Below, piece after piece: positions 47,715 to 56,061 of a stretch of DNA of 56,061 nt. The position numbers and the translations under genes were made by a program. This DNA is from Elainellaceae cyanobacterium. GTDB lineage: Bacteria > Cyanobacteriota > Cyanobacteriia > CAZCXK01. Position 1 is the stretch's first letter. Each line of letters begins with the position of its first letter. The stretch spans positions 1 through 56,061 of the forward strand of contig JBNPEG010000036.1 in assembly GCA_051117555.1 (NCBI GenBank), written 5' to 3'. The notes under the pieces were generated by a model. It had not been told where the DNA came from, searched no databases, and was given only the letters and a program-made list of their open reading frames with translations.

Positions 47715-49673
47715 ATGGCTGAACTTCCTTCAATTCAAAACATGCGAGCGATCCTCGCTCGACGAGCCTTCCCCACGATCACCCTATGGAATCGGTTGGA
47801 GGGGCGTCCCCGACGGGATGACTTCGACCGCGCCATCAAGGCTGAGGTGCGGGATGCCCTGTGGATGCTCTGCAAACAGTGGCAGATGGGTGAGTTCTTG
47901 GGAGATGATGCCGGGTCGCCTATCTTCGCCAAAGTCCACATGGGCTCCACTCGCCTGACTAAATATCAGCCCAACGGTCACGATCCGCGCCCCTTCTCTG
48001 ACGAAGAGCCGATGGAAGCCCAGGTAGAAAACCGCCCGGTGCCGTTCGCCCTCGGTGATCAGTATATTTCCTTGAATCTTCGAGTGCTGATGGGGCGACA
48101 CTGGCTCAAACTTGTCAATCAAACCATTGGCAACTTTGATGCCGACTACATCCAGCGCTATCCCATCGATGAACCCGATCCCAATGCAGCAGCAGATGCC
48201 CAGATTTGCGCCCATCCCGAAGTGTGGCAGCAGGTTACTGCCGTAGCTGGACGCATGATGGACGGCTACGCCTTCTACCGGTATCTCACTGCCAATCCAA
48301 CCAATCGCGCCCATATCGATACGTCTATCCCAGTGACTCGTCATGCCGACGTTGATGCCCTAGCAGAACGCTTCATTGCCTGGTTCCAGCGACAGTTCTA
48401 TCAGCCCACCGAAACCCAAGGTGATGCCTGGAAACCGTCCCAACTGGAGTACCAGTTTGCCTGCTCGGCTCCAACAGTGCAAGGGGAAACCGTTTACACC
48501 GCAGACGAGTACTATCAGGGTCGACTCGACTGGTACAACTTAGACATCGACCCGACCCGCGAGGAACTGACAATTCCCAATCCACTCCCCGATTCAGATC
48601 CAGATAGCCCAAACCCAGAATCCCCGGAATCAGAAACTCCTAATCCCATAGACAGTGCTCCCACGCCTCTATCTTTCATTCCGGTGCAGGTTAGCTACGA
48701 CGGCATGCCCAACACCCGCTGGTGGGCATTTGAAGACCGCAAGACCAACTTTGGCGACATTAATCCCAAAACCCGAGATCTATCTAAACTACTGTTTATG
48801 GAGTTTGGTTTGGTCTATGCCAACGACTGGTTTTTGATTTCCTATCCCCTGCCAGCAGGAAGCATTGCGCGAGTGAAGGGTATGGCCGTAACCAACGTGT
48901 TTGGGGAGCGTATCTGGGTGGAGCCCGCAGGCAGTGGCGACGATGACGACTGGCAGCGCTGGAGCATGTTCACCATCAGCACACGCGGGCAAAACCAGGA
49001 CGCAGCGGATACTAGCCTGGTGTTGCTACCCACCGTACCCAAGATACAAGAGGGGCGATCGCTCGAAGAAATTTCCCTAATCCGCGATGAAATGGCGAAC
49101 ATGGTGTGGGGTATCGAAACGCGCATCCCCTTACCCTCGGGTGATAGCAAATCGGGACGAGAAGCGGGATATGAACTCTACAACTATTACAAACGATTGC
49201 TGGAGCAAGACATTGAAGCAGGACAAGTCGCGCCGCCTCCAGAAACCTACAACGCCCCGATTCGTTACCAGGTAATGAACCGCGTCCCGGAGAATTGGAT
49301 TCCCTTCATCCCGGTGCATGTCGAGAATGACAGCCGTCAGATTCAACTGCAACGGGCATCCATGCCCCGCATCTTACCCGGGAGTCCCGATCGTCCTAAG
49401 GTTAAGCCTCGCACCGTGCTGCTTCGGGAAGGACTCGATAATGAAACAGATCTAGAGCAGCAGCGATACTTCGTGGATGAAGTAGAGGTATCCCGTGCGG
49501 GGGCGTGTGTCTTCCAACATTATCAGCGAACGCGTTGGTATAACGGGCAGGTTTTTACGTGGCTGGGCGTACGCAAGCAGACAGGACGTGGAGAAGGTAA
49601 TAGTGGTTTGGTCTTCGACCGGCTTGTGAGTGTGCCAACCCGGCAGAGAACTGACCTTGAACCTTCATCCTAG
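47715..49673 (+). CDS. Uncharacterised 652-aa protein
   Basis: Last gene of the operon; motifs DALWML.KQWQMGEF.GDDAGSP, GMPNTRWWAFED, RDEMANMVWG and GRGEGNSGL.FD. Confidence 0.88.
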   Translation: MAELPSIQNMRAILARRAFPTITLWNRLEGRPRRDDFDRAIKAEVRDALWMLCKQWQMGEFLGDDAGSPIFAKVHMGSTRLTKYQPNGHDPRPFSDEEPMEAQVENRPVPFALGDQYISLNLRVLMGRHWLKLVNQTIGNFDADYIQRYPIDEPDPNAAADAQICAHPEVWQQVTAVAGRMMDGYAFYRYLTANPTNRAHIDTSIPVTRHADVDALAERFIAWFQRQFYQPTETQGDAWKPSQLEYQFACSAPTVQGETVYTADEYYQGRLDWYNLDIDPTREELTIPNPLPDSDPDSPNPESPESETPNPIDSAPTPLSFIPVQVSYDGMPNTRWWAFEDRKTNFGDINPKTRDLSKLLFMEFGLVYANDWFLISYPLPAGSIARVKGMAVTNVFGERIWVEPAGSGDDDDWQRWSMFTISTRGQNQDAADTSLVLLPTVPKIQEGRSLEEISLIRDEMANMVWGIETRIPLPSGDSKSGREAGYELYNYYKRLLEQDIEAGQVAPPPETYNAPIRYQVMNRVPENWIPFIPVHVENDSRQIQLQRASMPRILPGSPDRPKVKPRTVLLREGLDNETDLEQQRYFVDEVEVSRAGACVFQHYQRTRWYNGQVFTWLGVRKQTGRGEGNSGLVFDRLVSVPTRQRTDLEPSS

Positions 49674-49779
49674 GAATGCAGGAATTTACAGCAAAAGTTC
49701 TTTAAATATCTAGTCAATCTGGACAGAATAAATTATACTCAACCGAGTATGGAATTCTGAAAAGAGAATAACGGCAAAT

Positions 49780-49797
49780 GAGTATTTTGAAATATTC
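49780..49797. promoter_or_regulatory. parS/operator-like palindrome GAGTATTTTGAAATATTC
   Basis: 17 of 18 identical to the reverse complement of 50622-50639. Confidence 0.65.
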
Positions 49798-49806
49798 AGC
49801 AGATTC

Positions 49807-50610
49807 ATGGAACAAGTAAAGATTGCTATCTTGTCCAATGCAGGAGGATCGGGCAAGACGACAACCACGGTTCACGTCGCCTATGAGCTTGCACGACGTG
49901 ACATTTCGGTCGTGTTGTTTGACCTAGATCCCAATCAAAGTCTTCAGCTATTCACTGGAAATGACCCAGGCGATGCTCAAACAATTGCAGAGATTCTTCC
50001 TAATCTCAAGAACTTTAAGGGGGATTATCCGCTAATTCCTTGTTGGACTGATCACACCGATAAAGTTGACCTGCTTCCAGGGGGTGGTCAAGATCTAATC
50101 CGACTATCGAGTGAGCTCGTTGTCAATAAACGTGGAGCATACCTACTCGCAGACTGCCTGGAGGATTATCCACTTCCCCATCAGGTTTATCTTTACGATT
50201 GTCCTGCTACGATTGGAGCACTTACCAGTGCAGCTCTGGCCGCAGCGACTCACATTCTGATTCCGATTCAGTCAGAACCCAAAGCTGCCAACGGAGCCGC
50301 TTTGATGCTCCAATGGTTTTACGAAGAAATTGATAATCTTCGGCTGAGACCAGAACCTGAGATTCTGGGTGTGATCATTAATAGACATGAGCAAACCTGG
50401 AGCTACTCAAGAGAAATTGAAGAAGGAGTACCGGGAAAATTAGCGGAGCAGGGAATTCGTACTTTCTCAACCATACGCGAGTATGCAGATTTTATGAATG
50501 CATCGTCCTATGGCATCCCGCTTCAAATATATCGCCCAGGACATCAGAAAGGTGCCTCGACAAAGGGGTTCTCAGAGATCGCCGAAGCAATTTCTGCACT
50601 CCTCCAATAA
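49807..50610 (+). CDS. parA: ParA family partition ATPase
   Basis: Deviant Walker A AGGSGKTT, DLDPN, YDCP. Confidence 0.93.
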   Translation: MEQVKIAILSNAGGSGKTTTTVHVAYELARRDISVVLFDLDPNQSLQLFTGNDPGDAQTIAEILPNLKNFKGDYPLIPCWTDHTDKVDLLPGGGQDLIRLSSELVVNKRGAYLLADCLEDYPLPHQVYLYDCPATIGALTSAALAAATHILIPIQSEPKAANGAALMLQWFYEEIDNLRLRPEPEILGVIINRHEQTWSYSREIEEGVPGKLAEQGIRTFSTIREYADFMNASSYGIPLQIYRPGHQKGASTKGFSEIAEAISALLQ

Positions 50611-50621
50611 AAACAACAGTC

Positions 50622-50639
50622 GAGTATTTCAAAATACTC
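50622..50639. promoter_or_regulatory. parS-like palindrome GAGTATTTCAAAATACTC
   Basis: 8-bp perfect arms, located between parA and parB. Confidence 0.65.
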
Positions 50640-50647
50640 TATCTCAG

Positions 50648-51673
50648 ATGGCTAAAAGACAAAGAGTTGATGCGGTCAGCTTTTTTGATCGCGCTGGACA
50701 AACTAGGCAAGAAATTATTAAGCAAAAAGACGAACTTATTGCTGACCTTCAGCAACATATCGCTAACCTCCAACAGCGTGGAGTAGAGCAGGAAGCAGCG
50801 TTGGATACCATCATTCCCCTTCGGTTAAGGAACGGAATGAGCCAACCTCGATATTACTTTTCTCAGGAGTCATTAGAGCGCCTCGCGGCATCTATTAAAC
50901 GGCACGGACTGGCGGAGCCGCTAATTGTGCGCGAAGCTGATGACGAAAAGCTGGAAATCGTTGCCGGTGAACGACGATACCGAGCTGCCAAGATCGCAGG
51001 ACTTGAAACAGTCCCCTACCGTCTTAAGCAACTCAGCGATGACGATGCATACGAACTTGCAATCATCGATAATCTCTTCCGAGAAGACTTAAACTTGTTT
51101 GAGCAAACCGATTCAATGCTGAATTTAGTTGCGCTTAAGCTTGGACTTGATAGAGACGGTGCGATCTCGACGCTTTGGAAAGTTAAGAATTTTGAGGAGA
51201 GAAAAAGTAATCTATCCGAAGAAGATCACTCGCGAGTCGATATAGTTCGGGGACTGTTTGAGCCATTTGGTATTACCGTGCGCTCTTTTGTCGTTAATCG
51301 GCTGCCGATTTTAGACTTGCCTGAGGCGTTGCTCGGTGCCGTCCGAGATGGTGTCATTGAGCCTACCAAAGCGAATTTTATTGCAAAAATTGAGAATGAG
51401 CAGGAACAGGATGAACTACTACAGATAGTCGTTAACGAAAACTGGTCAACTGCGCAAATTAGGAATGAGGTTAAAACTCGACAAAATATTGCTGATGCTA
51501 AATCTGATGTTGAGCCTTATCAAGAAATCAGTGATCTGATATCAGCAACGAGTCGGCAGTTAACGAGAGTTGCGAAAAAGCTTCAAAAAGGGAAAAAAAT
51601 TGAAGATGAGCAAACGTTACAGCAAATTTCTAAGCTTTCTAGAGAACTCCAAGAATTGATGAACTCTTTGTAG
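50648..51673 (+). CDS. parB: ParB/Spo0J family partition protein
   Basis: QPRYYF, IVAGERRYRAA and DNLFREDLN motifs. Confidence 0.94.
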   Translation: MAKRQRVDAVSFFDRAGQTRQEIIKQKDELIADLQQHIANLQQRGVEQEAALDTIIPLRLRNGMSQPRYYFSQESLERLAASIKRHGLAEPLIVREADDEKLEIVAGERRYRAAKIAGLETVPYRLKQLSDDDAYELAIIDNLFREDLNLFEQTDSMLNLVALKLGLDRDGAISTLWKVKNFEERKSNLSEEDHSRVDIVRGLFEPFGITVRSFVVNRLPILDLPEALLGAVRDGVIEPTKANFIAKIENEQEQDELLQIVVNENWSTAQIRNEVKTRQNIADAKSDVEPYQEISDLISATSRQLTRVAKKLQKGKKIEDEQTLQQISKLSRELQELMNSL

Positions 51674-51684
51674 TCTTCACTATC

Positions 51685-51771
51685 TACAGCAATCCCAGAT
51701 GGGGTGTGAGCGGTGAGGTGGGCCCGCCCCACCGCTCACACACAATTCACAAGCGATTTAGGATCGCTATA
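51685..51771. mobile_element. Small inverted-repeat element with internal hairpin; may also act as terminator
   Basis: Stem GTGTGAGCGGTG/CACCGCTCACAC, flanked by imperfect inverted ends TACAGCAATCCCAGAT/ATTTAGGATCGCTATA. Confidence 0.55.
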
Positions 51772-51783
51772 TAGCAATATGCG

Positions 51784-52503
51784 CTACATGAGTGTATCGA
51801 TGCTATCCCTGTCTACGAGAGTACTGATTGAAATATTAGCTGGACAATAGAATTCATCATCGGTTCCCCACTGATAATGCCATTCAAAATTAGAACTGGC
51901 TAAGAGCAATCCTAGCCAAACCCTTACAGGTGAGAGCTGAATCTCTTTCAGAATCGTTTCTAAATCGATTGGTTGTTCTCGTTCTGCAATCCACTGGCTA
52001 ATGATGGCAGACCATTCTGAAATGGATTCTTCATAGGCAGGTGCCAAAACGGCTTGCGTTTCTTCTATTTGATCGACCATTCCTAATACAGCATCTTTGT
52101 CCACATCTCCGGCGATTGAATCTTCTGGATTCGCATGTCTACGCCTTTGCTGCAGGTCTGCTTCCTCTAATAGTTCGTCTAGATTCAGGCTCATAGTGTG
52201 ACGCAATACACCGGCGAGCATGTCATCGGTCAGCACTGGTTCGATTAGAGAGTTTGATGAGGATGGTGCATATTGAGTTTGCCAGTTTTCTAGTAGCGAC
52301 TCTGCACGAGCTGCGTGGAGTTCTGCAAGCTGGGCGATCGCCTCTCCTGCTATGTTCAACACGATATCCTGTGGAGAATTCGCTAGTATTTGCTCAAGCT
52401 TTTCTATCAGCAGACTCCAATCTGCTGTGTCAGGATAGGCGATCGCGTCACGCACCGAGGCGTTAAATTCAGCAATGTGCTGTTCTCTACTGGATCTGTC
52501 CAC
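51784..52503 (-). CDS. Hypothetical protein, ScpA (kleisin)-like
   Basis: 239 aa; AGEAIAQLAELHAARAESLL and AYEESISE..VRVWLGLLL..EFY..ISI patterns; GTG start. Confidence 0.6.
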   Translation of the reverse strand: MDRSSREQHIAEFNASVRDAIAYPDTADWSLLIEKLEQILANSPQDIVLNIAGEAIAQLAELHAARAESLLENWQTQYAPSSSNSLIEPVLTDDMLAGVLRHTMSLNLDELLEEADLQQRRRHANPEDSIAGDVDKDAVLGMVDQIEETQAVLAPAYEESISEWSAIISQWIAEREQPIDLETILKEIQLSPVRVWLGLLLASSNFEWHYQWGTDDEFYCPANISISTLVDRDSIDTLM

Positions 52504-52560
52504 TAACTTACGCTAAACTTACGCTAAATTATAACTTCTATTCTCACTTTACTAGCCTCG

Positions 52561-52695
52561 TGGCCTGATGGTGCGTTACGCTGGCGCTAACAGCATCCTA
52601 CTTCTGCCTTCTGCTTTTTGGCCTGATGGTGCGTTACGCTGGCGCTAACAGCACCCTACTTCTGCCTTCTTCCTTTTGCCCTCTGCCTTCTGCCT
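52561..52695 (+). repeat. 58-bp tandem duplication of a REP-like unit plus TTCTGCC heptamers
   Basis: Copies at 52561-52618 and 52619-52676. Confidence 0.85.
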
Positions 52696-52704
52696 TTTCC
52701 TACA

Positions 52705-53259
52705 ATGGCTCGCAACGTTAATCGAAAATGTCAGCACTGCGCTATGTTAGCCGTTGAAGATGCGATCGCCCTTCATGGTCCGATGGGGGATGACTGCTGG
52801 AATCCTGGCAACGCGCGTAAGCTAGGCTACGATTGCTATCGTCGTCGGAACCACTATCGCCATCGGGATGACGATAACCGTACTCGCCGTCGGATGAGAA
52901 AGCTAGTGAAGCAGGGCTCAACCGCAGACCTGCATCCTCCGGTTGAGCCCGTAGAAATTCTCGTCCCATCCCCGCCCCCAATCTACGCGGCTGTACTTGT
53001 GTTGTATCGAAATCATCCGGATGCGCCAGTTCATGCGGTGGCGGCTGAAATTTGGCAAGGAAGTCAGCAGGTGGGCGAGATGAAAGCAGTTCACTGTATG
53101 GGGATGAGGGGTGATCAGGTGGCTGCGTATTTGCAGAGTCTATTACAACATCTAAGAGAGCATTATGGTGTGGGACGATTTGAAGATGTGGTTAAAGAGG
53201 TGCCGGTCACACAATGTCCCATTGAAGGATGTCCGTTAGCGGCTACCGGGACGCCCTAA
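52705..53259 (+). CDS. Hypothetical protein with Cys motifs
   Basis: 184 aa; CQHC..H..CW..C at the N-terminus and CPIEGCP at the C-terminus. Confidence 0.8.
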   Translation: MARNVNRKCQHCAMLAVEDAIALHGPMGDDCWNPGNARKLGYDCYRRRNHYRHRDDDNRTRRRMRKLVKQGSTADLHPPVEPVEILVPSPPPIYAAVLVLYRNHPDAPVHAVAAEIWQGSQQVGEMKAVHCMGMRGDQVAAYLQSLLQHLREHYGVGRFEDVVKEVPVTQCPIEGCPLAATGTP

Positions 53260-53319
53260 ACCTGGCAGTTCGATTATTCTGAGATGTAGTGCTGAGCATA
53301 CTGCAGGGAGATGGTAGCG

Positions 53320-53640
53320 ATGAAGTTATATGCCGTGCGAATCTTTGTCAGACAGTGGAATCAAGCCTGTAATTTTTACCGAGATAGTCTCAGATTGACC
53401 GAGCGATTTAGGGATAATGAACTCGGTTAGGCCGAATATGACCTCGTTGGAACGTGTTTTGGGATACAGCGGGTTGATGCGAATGACAACGACCATCAAG
53501 ACCTTGTTGGGCAATTTGTCGGAGTTTCGTTGCAAGTCGAGGACATTCAGGCGTCATACCAAGATCTGCAAGAGCGAGGTGTAGAATTCGTTGCTCCATC
53601 TAAAAAGGAGGAGTGGGGTGATTCGCTTGCACATTCTTGA
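53320..53640 (+). pseudogene. VOC/glyoxalase family pseudogene
   Basis: MKLYAVRIFV..ACNFYRDSL..LG*AEYD..VSLQVEDI..LQERGVEF..EWG; in-frame TAG at 53428 and early termination. Confidence 0.8.
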
Positions 53641-53851
53641 TGAGTGCGATCGCATCAAAACCCTGCGCGTTACCCTGGCTATAGCGCCCCAACAACGTGA
53701 CTCATCCGCCAGAGTGCTTCTAACATCTGCCTTTTAAGCGCTACGCAGGTCTTGATATCATTGCACTCATAGATTTTTAAGAAACATCTCAGGGTACTTT
53801 CAGCTCTCACCTGTAGGCTCAGAGTCTAAACAGACTAGCGAGTAGGTGACT

Positions 53852-54460
53852 ATGAATCGCGTTTATTGGGCTATTTCGGGTATCAGTGCGACCCTATTGA
53901 TATATGTAGGCAATTTTATTTCAACCGATTTCATCACGCTTGCAACTAGACCTGATCGTGTAGCTCAGGTACGATTTCAACCGACCCAATTCCAACTCCT
54001 CCAATCAGATGGGGCTGGAATGACGTTAGAACATCTAGAAAATATCTTACAAAACGAGGATGATGTCACCAATCTTCAGTCCCAACCTGGGCAGTTGCAG
54101 TTTGCGCTAGACGATCGATCCATGATTGTTTTATTGAACGAAGAGAGCGATCGCATGCGCATCATAACGCCCGTTGTTTCCGCAAATCGACTCACACCCC
54201 AGCAGGTTCGAAACATCCTGATTGCCAATTTCCATACGACGCTAGATGCTCGATACGCTGTCACAGATGGGGCGTTGGTTTCACTCTTCGTGCATCGATT
54301 GTCATCCCTTCAGGACAATGATTTTCGCTCCGCACTCTATCAAGTTGCCAACTTAGCCGAAAGCTTTGGGACGACCTATTCAAGTGGCGAGCTCATTTTT
54401 GGTCCCGACGGGCAATCCCAACCTCGATCTCCTGAGATTGATGGAGAGTTGGAGATCTAG
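53852..54460 (+). CDS. Hypothetical protein with N-terminal hydrophobic segment; YbjN/type III chaperone-like fold
   Basis: DRMRIITPV..ILIANFHTTLDARYA..LVSLFVH pattern. Confidence 0.65.
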   Translation: MNRVYWAISGISATLLIYVGNFISTDFITLATRPDRVAQVRFQPTQFQLLQSDGAGMTLEHLENILQNEDDVTNLQSQPGQLQFALDDRSMIVLLNEESDRMRIITPVVSANRLTPQQVRNILIANFHTTLDARYAVTDGALVSLFVHRLSSLQDNDFRSALYQVANLAESFGTTYSSGELIFGPDGQSQPRSPEIDGELEI

Positions 54461-54584
54461 TGCGGTTGATACCAATTCTCGAGTTCGGATTTATAACCCT
54501 AAGCGCATACCGCTATATTTGATCGGGCTGTGCAAACGTACCAATCAAACAGAAAAGGACAAAAACAAAGGACGAAAATAAAGG

Positions 54585-56021
54585 ATGCTAACTACCCTAA
54601 ATTGGATACTGTTACTGGCCTATGGTGGCTTTGTATATGGCGTTGTGCAGCGCACGACGCCTCATCGAGTTTCTGCCACTGAATTTTTTGATGGAGAATC
54701 GGCCCGTGGCAAAGCACCCGAACTCTGGATCTTGGTTGCAAGTGCCGCCATTACTTGGATCTTTGCCAAATCTATTAGCAATGCCGCTGCTTTGGCAAAT
54801 GCGTTTGGCATCACCGGTGGAATCGGCTATGCCCTTTACTACTTAAGCTTTATCACAGCGGCGATCGCCATCTATTTCATTCGGGTGCGTGGAGGCTATC
54901 GTTCGCTGCCTGAGTTTTTAGTCAATAAATATGGAGTAATCTGTGCGCGACTGTTTTTGATTGCGATCGCCATTCGATTGCTGAATGAAGTATGGTCAAA
55001 CACTAAGGTATTTTCGCTCTACTTTGGCGCAGAAGGAAGTGCTGGATATTGGCTTGCCGCCGCTGTCGTAACCGTATTCACAGCCTATTACAGTTTGCTG
55101 GGAGGGCTACGCAGTAGCCTCCTTACCGATGGTGCCCAAATGCTGTTTGCTGCCGTATTATTGGTCATTATCCTAGCCACATTAGGACCAGGATTGGTCA
55201 CCAACGGGCTTCCAGTTGCTGATGCCGAAACCCAATCAGCCGGACTTACGTTTTGTGCACTGGCGCTGGTACAGGTCTTGAGCTATCCCTTTCATGATCC
55301 GGTTTTGACCGATCGTGCATTTATTACGTCCCCTCGCATCATGGTCAAAGGGTTTTTCCTGGCGGGAATCGTGAGCGGCGGATTTATCTTGCTGTTTAGC
55401 ATGGTGGGGCTGTATGCTCGCACCTTTGGGCTTGAGGGCGATCCTGTTTTGACAGTACCCATGACGCTAGGCTTGCCACTCTTGCTGATTTTCAACGCCA
55501 TCATGCTCACCAGTGCTGGATCAACCCTCGATTCAACTTTCTCTAGCACAGCAAAGCTGACAGGACGCGATTGGCGACAGCGGCATGGCGAACCCACCGA
55601 GCACCAAGCTCGAATTGGCCGTTGGGGAATGATGGCGATCGCCATCTTGGGGAATCTACCGTTGCTCAGTATCTATTTGGGCGATCGCATCGGACCCGCG
55701 ATTATTTCTGCAACAACTATCAGTGGCACGATGGTGATGGGACTCGCCCCCATCTTTCTCCTGTCATTTATTCCAGGAGTGGGACGGTTGAGCTTTTATC
55801 TTGCCTTCTTTCCAGGGCTAATCTTTGGCGTTTTGCGAGTGGTAGAAAATGCCCTCAGCACTCAAATATTTCCGACTTGGTTGAGCATTGGAACGGGGAA
55901 ATATGCTCTTGATTTGGGTGTTAATATCTACGGGCTGTTATGCTGCACGCTGGCTTATTTGATTGGCGCGTGGATTAGTCTTCGATTGGGATGGGTGAAA
56001 CTGGGCGATCGCCCAAAGTAA
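54585..56021 (+). CDS. Sodium:solute symporter family transporter
   Basis: About 13 hydrophobic segments; Y..LGGLRSSLLTD and SAGSTLDS motifs. Confidence 0.88.
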   Translation: MLTTLNWILLLAYGGFVYGVVQRTTPHRVSATEFFDGESARGKAPELWILVASAAITWIFAKSISNAAALANAFGITGGIGYALYYLSFITAAIAIYFIRVRGGYRSLPEFLVNKYGVICARLFLIAIAIRLLNEVWSNTKVFSLYFGAEGSAGYWLAAAVVTVFTAYYSLLGGLRSSLLTDGAQMLFAAVLLVIILATLGPGLVTNGLPVADAETQSAGLTFCALALVQVLSYPFHDPVLTDRAFITSPRIMVKGFFLAGIVSGGFILLFSMVGLYARTFGLEGDPVLTVPMTLGLPLLLIFNAIMLTSAGSTLDSTFSSTAKLTGRDWRQRHGEPTEHQARIGRWGMMAIAILGNLPLLSIYLGDRIGPAIISATTISGTMVMGLAPIFLLSFIPGVGRLSFYLAFFPGLIFGVLRVVENALSTQIFPTWLSIGTGKYALDLGVNIYGLLCCTLAYLIGAWISLRLGWVKLGDRPK

Positions 56022-56061
56022 ATGACTACTTGTTCTTGTAGTGCGATCGCTCTTGTAGGTG

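Noticed and set aside
34495..49673. eCIS, T6SS, Tc-toxin or NRPS/PKS cluster
   Set aside because: No sheath, tube, baseplate, VgrG, RHS/YD, adenylation or ketosynthase motifs recognisable.
53686..53730. Integron attC site (GCCCAAC after the VOC pseudogene)
   Set aside because: No matching GTTRRRY end or convincing stem, and no integrase in the window.
54461..54584. Riboswitch upstream of the symporter
   Set aside because: No recognisable aptamer consensus; the region contains repeat remnants.

Overview
This looks like part of a large cyanobacterial plasmid. The evidence is abundant HIP1 GCGATCGC octamers, short tandem heptamer/octamer repeats, parAB and a replicon-like region. Five blocks are visible. 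(1) 0.6-9.7 kb: a TetR/Crp-regulated redox/detoxification cluster, partly decayed by internal deletions. (2) 10-15.7 kb: sulfotransferase, ChrA, a peptidoglycan-binding protein and an SLH-OprB porin bracketed by MITEs. (3) 16.9-27 kb: a Pix/Che-like taxis operon containing a PhnD-like lipoprotein and an MCP with a DXCIP-type cyanobacteriochrome GAF. (4) 27.7-32.7 kb plus 49.8-52.5 kb: the plasmid core, with an HTH protein, an array of 28-bp iteron-like repeats, an AEP primase-type Rep, ParA/ParB with parS-like palindromes and an ScpA-like protein. (5) 33.1-49.7 kb, lying inside that core: a tight six-gene, 16.5-kb operon encoding a MelC1-like small protein, a tyrosinase, a DUF6603-like protein and three large uncharacterised proteins, two of which share an ~88-aa module. 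Block 5 is the best candidate for an undescribed system. All family calls are by-eye motif recognition; no database searches were run.
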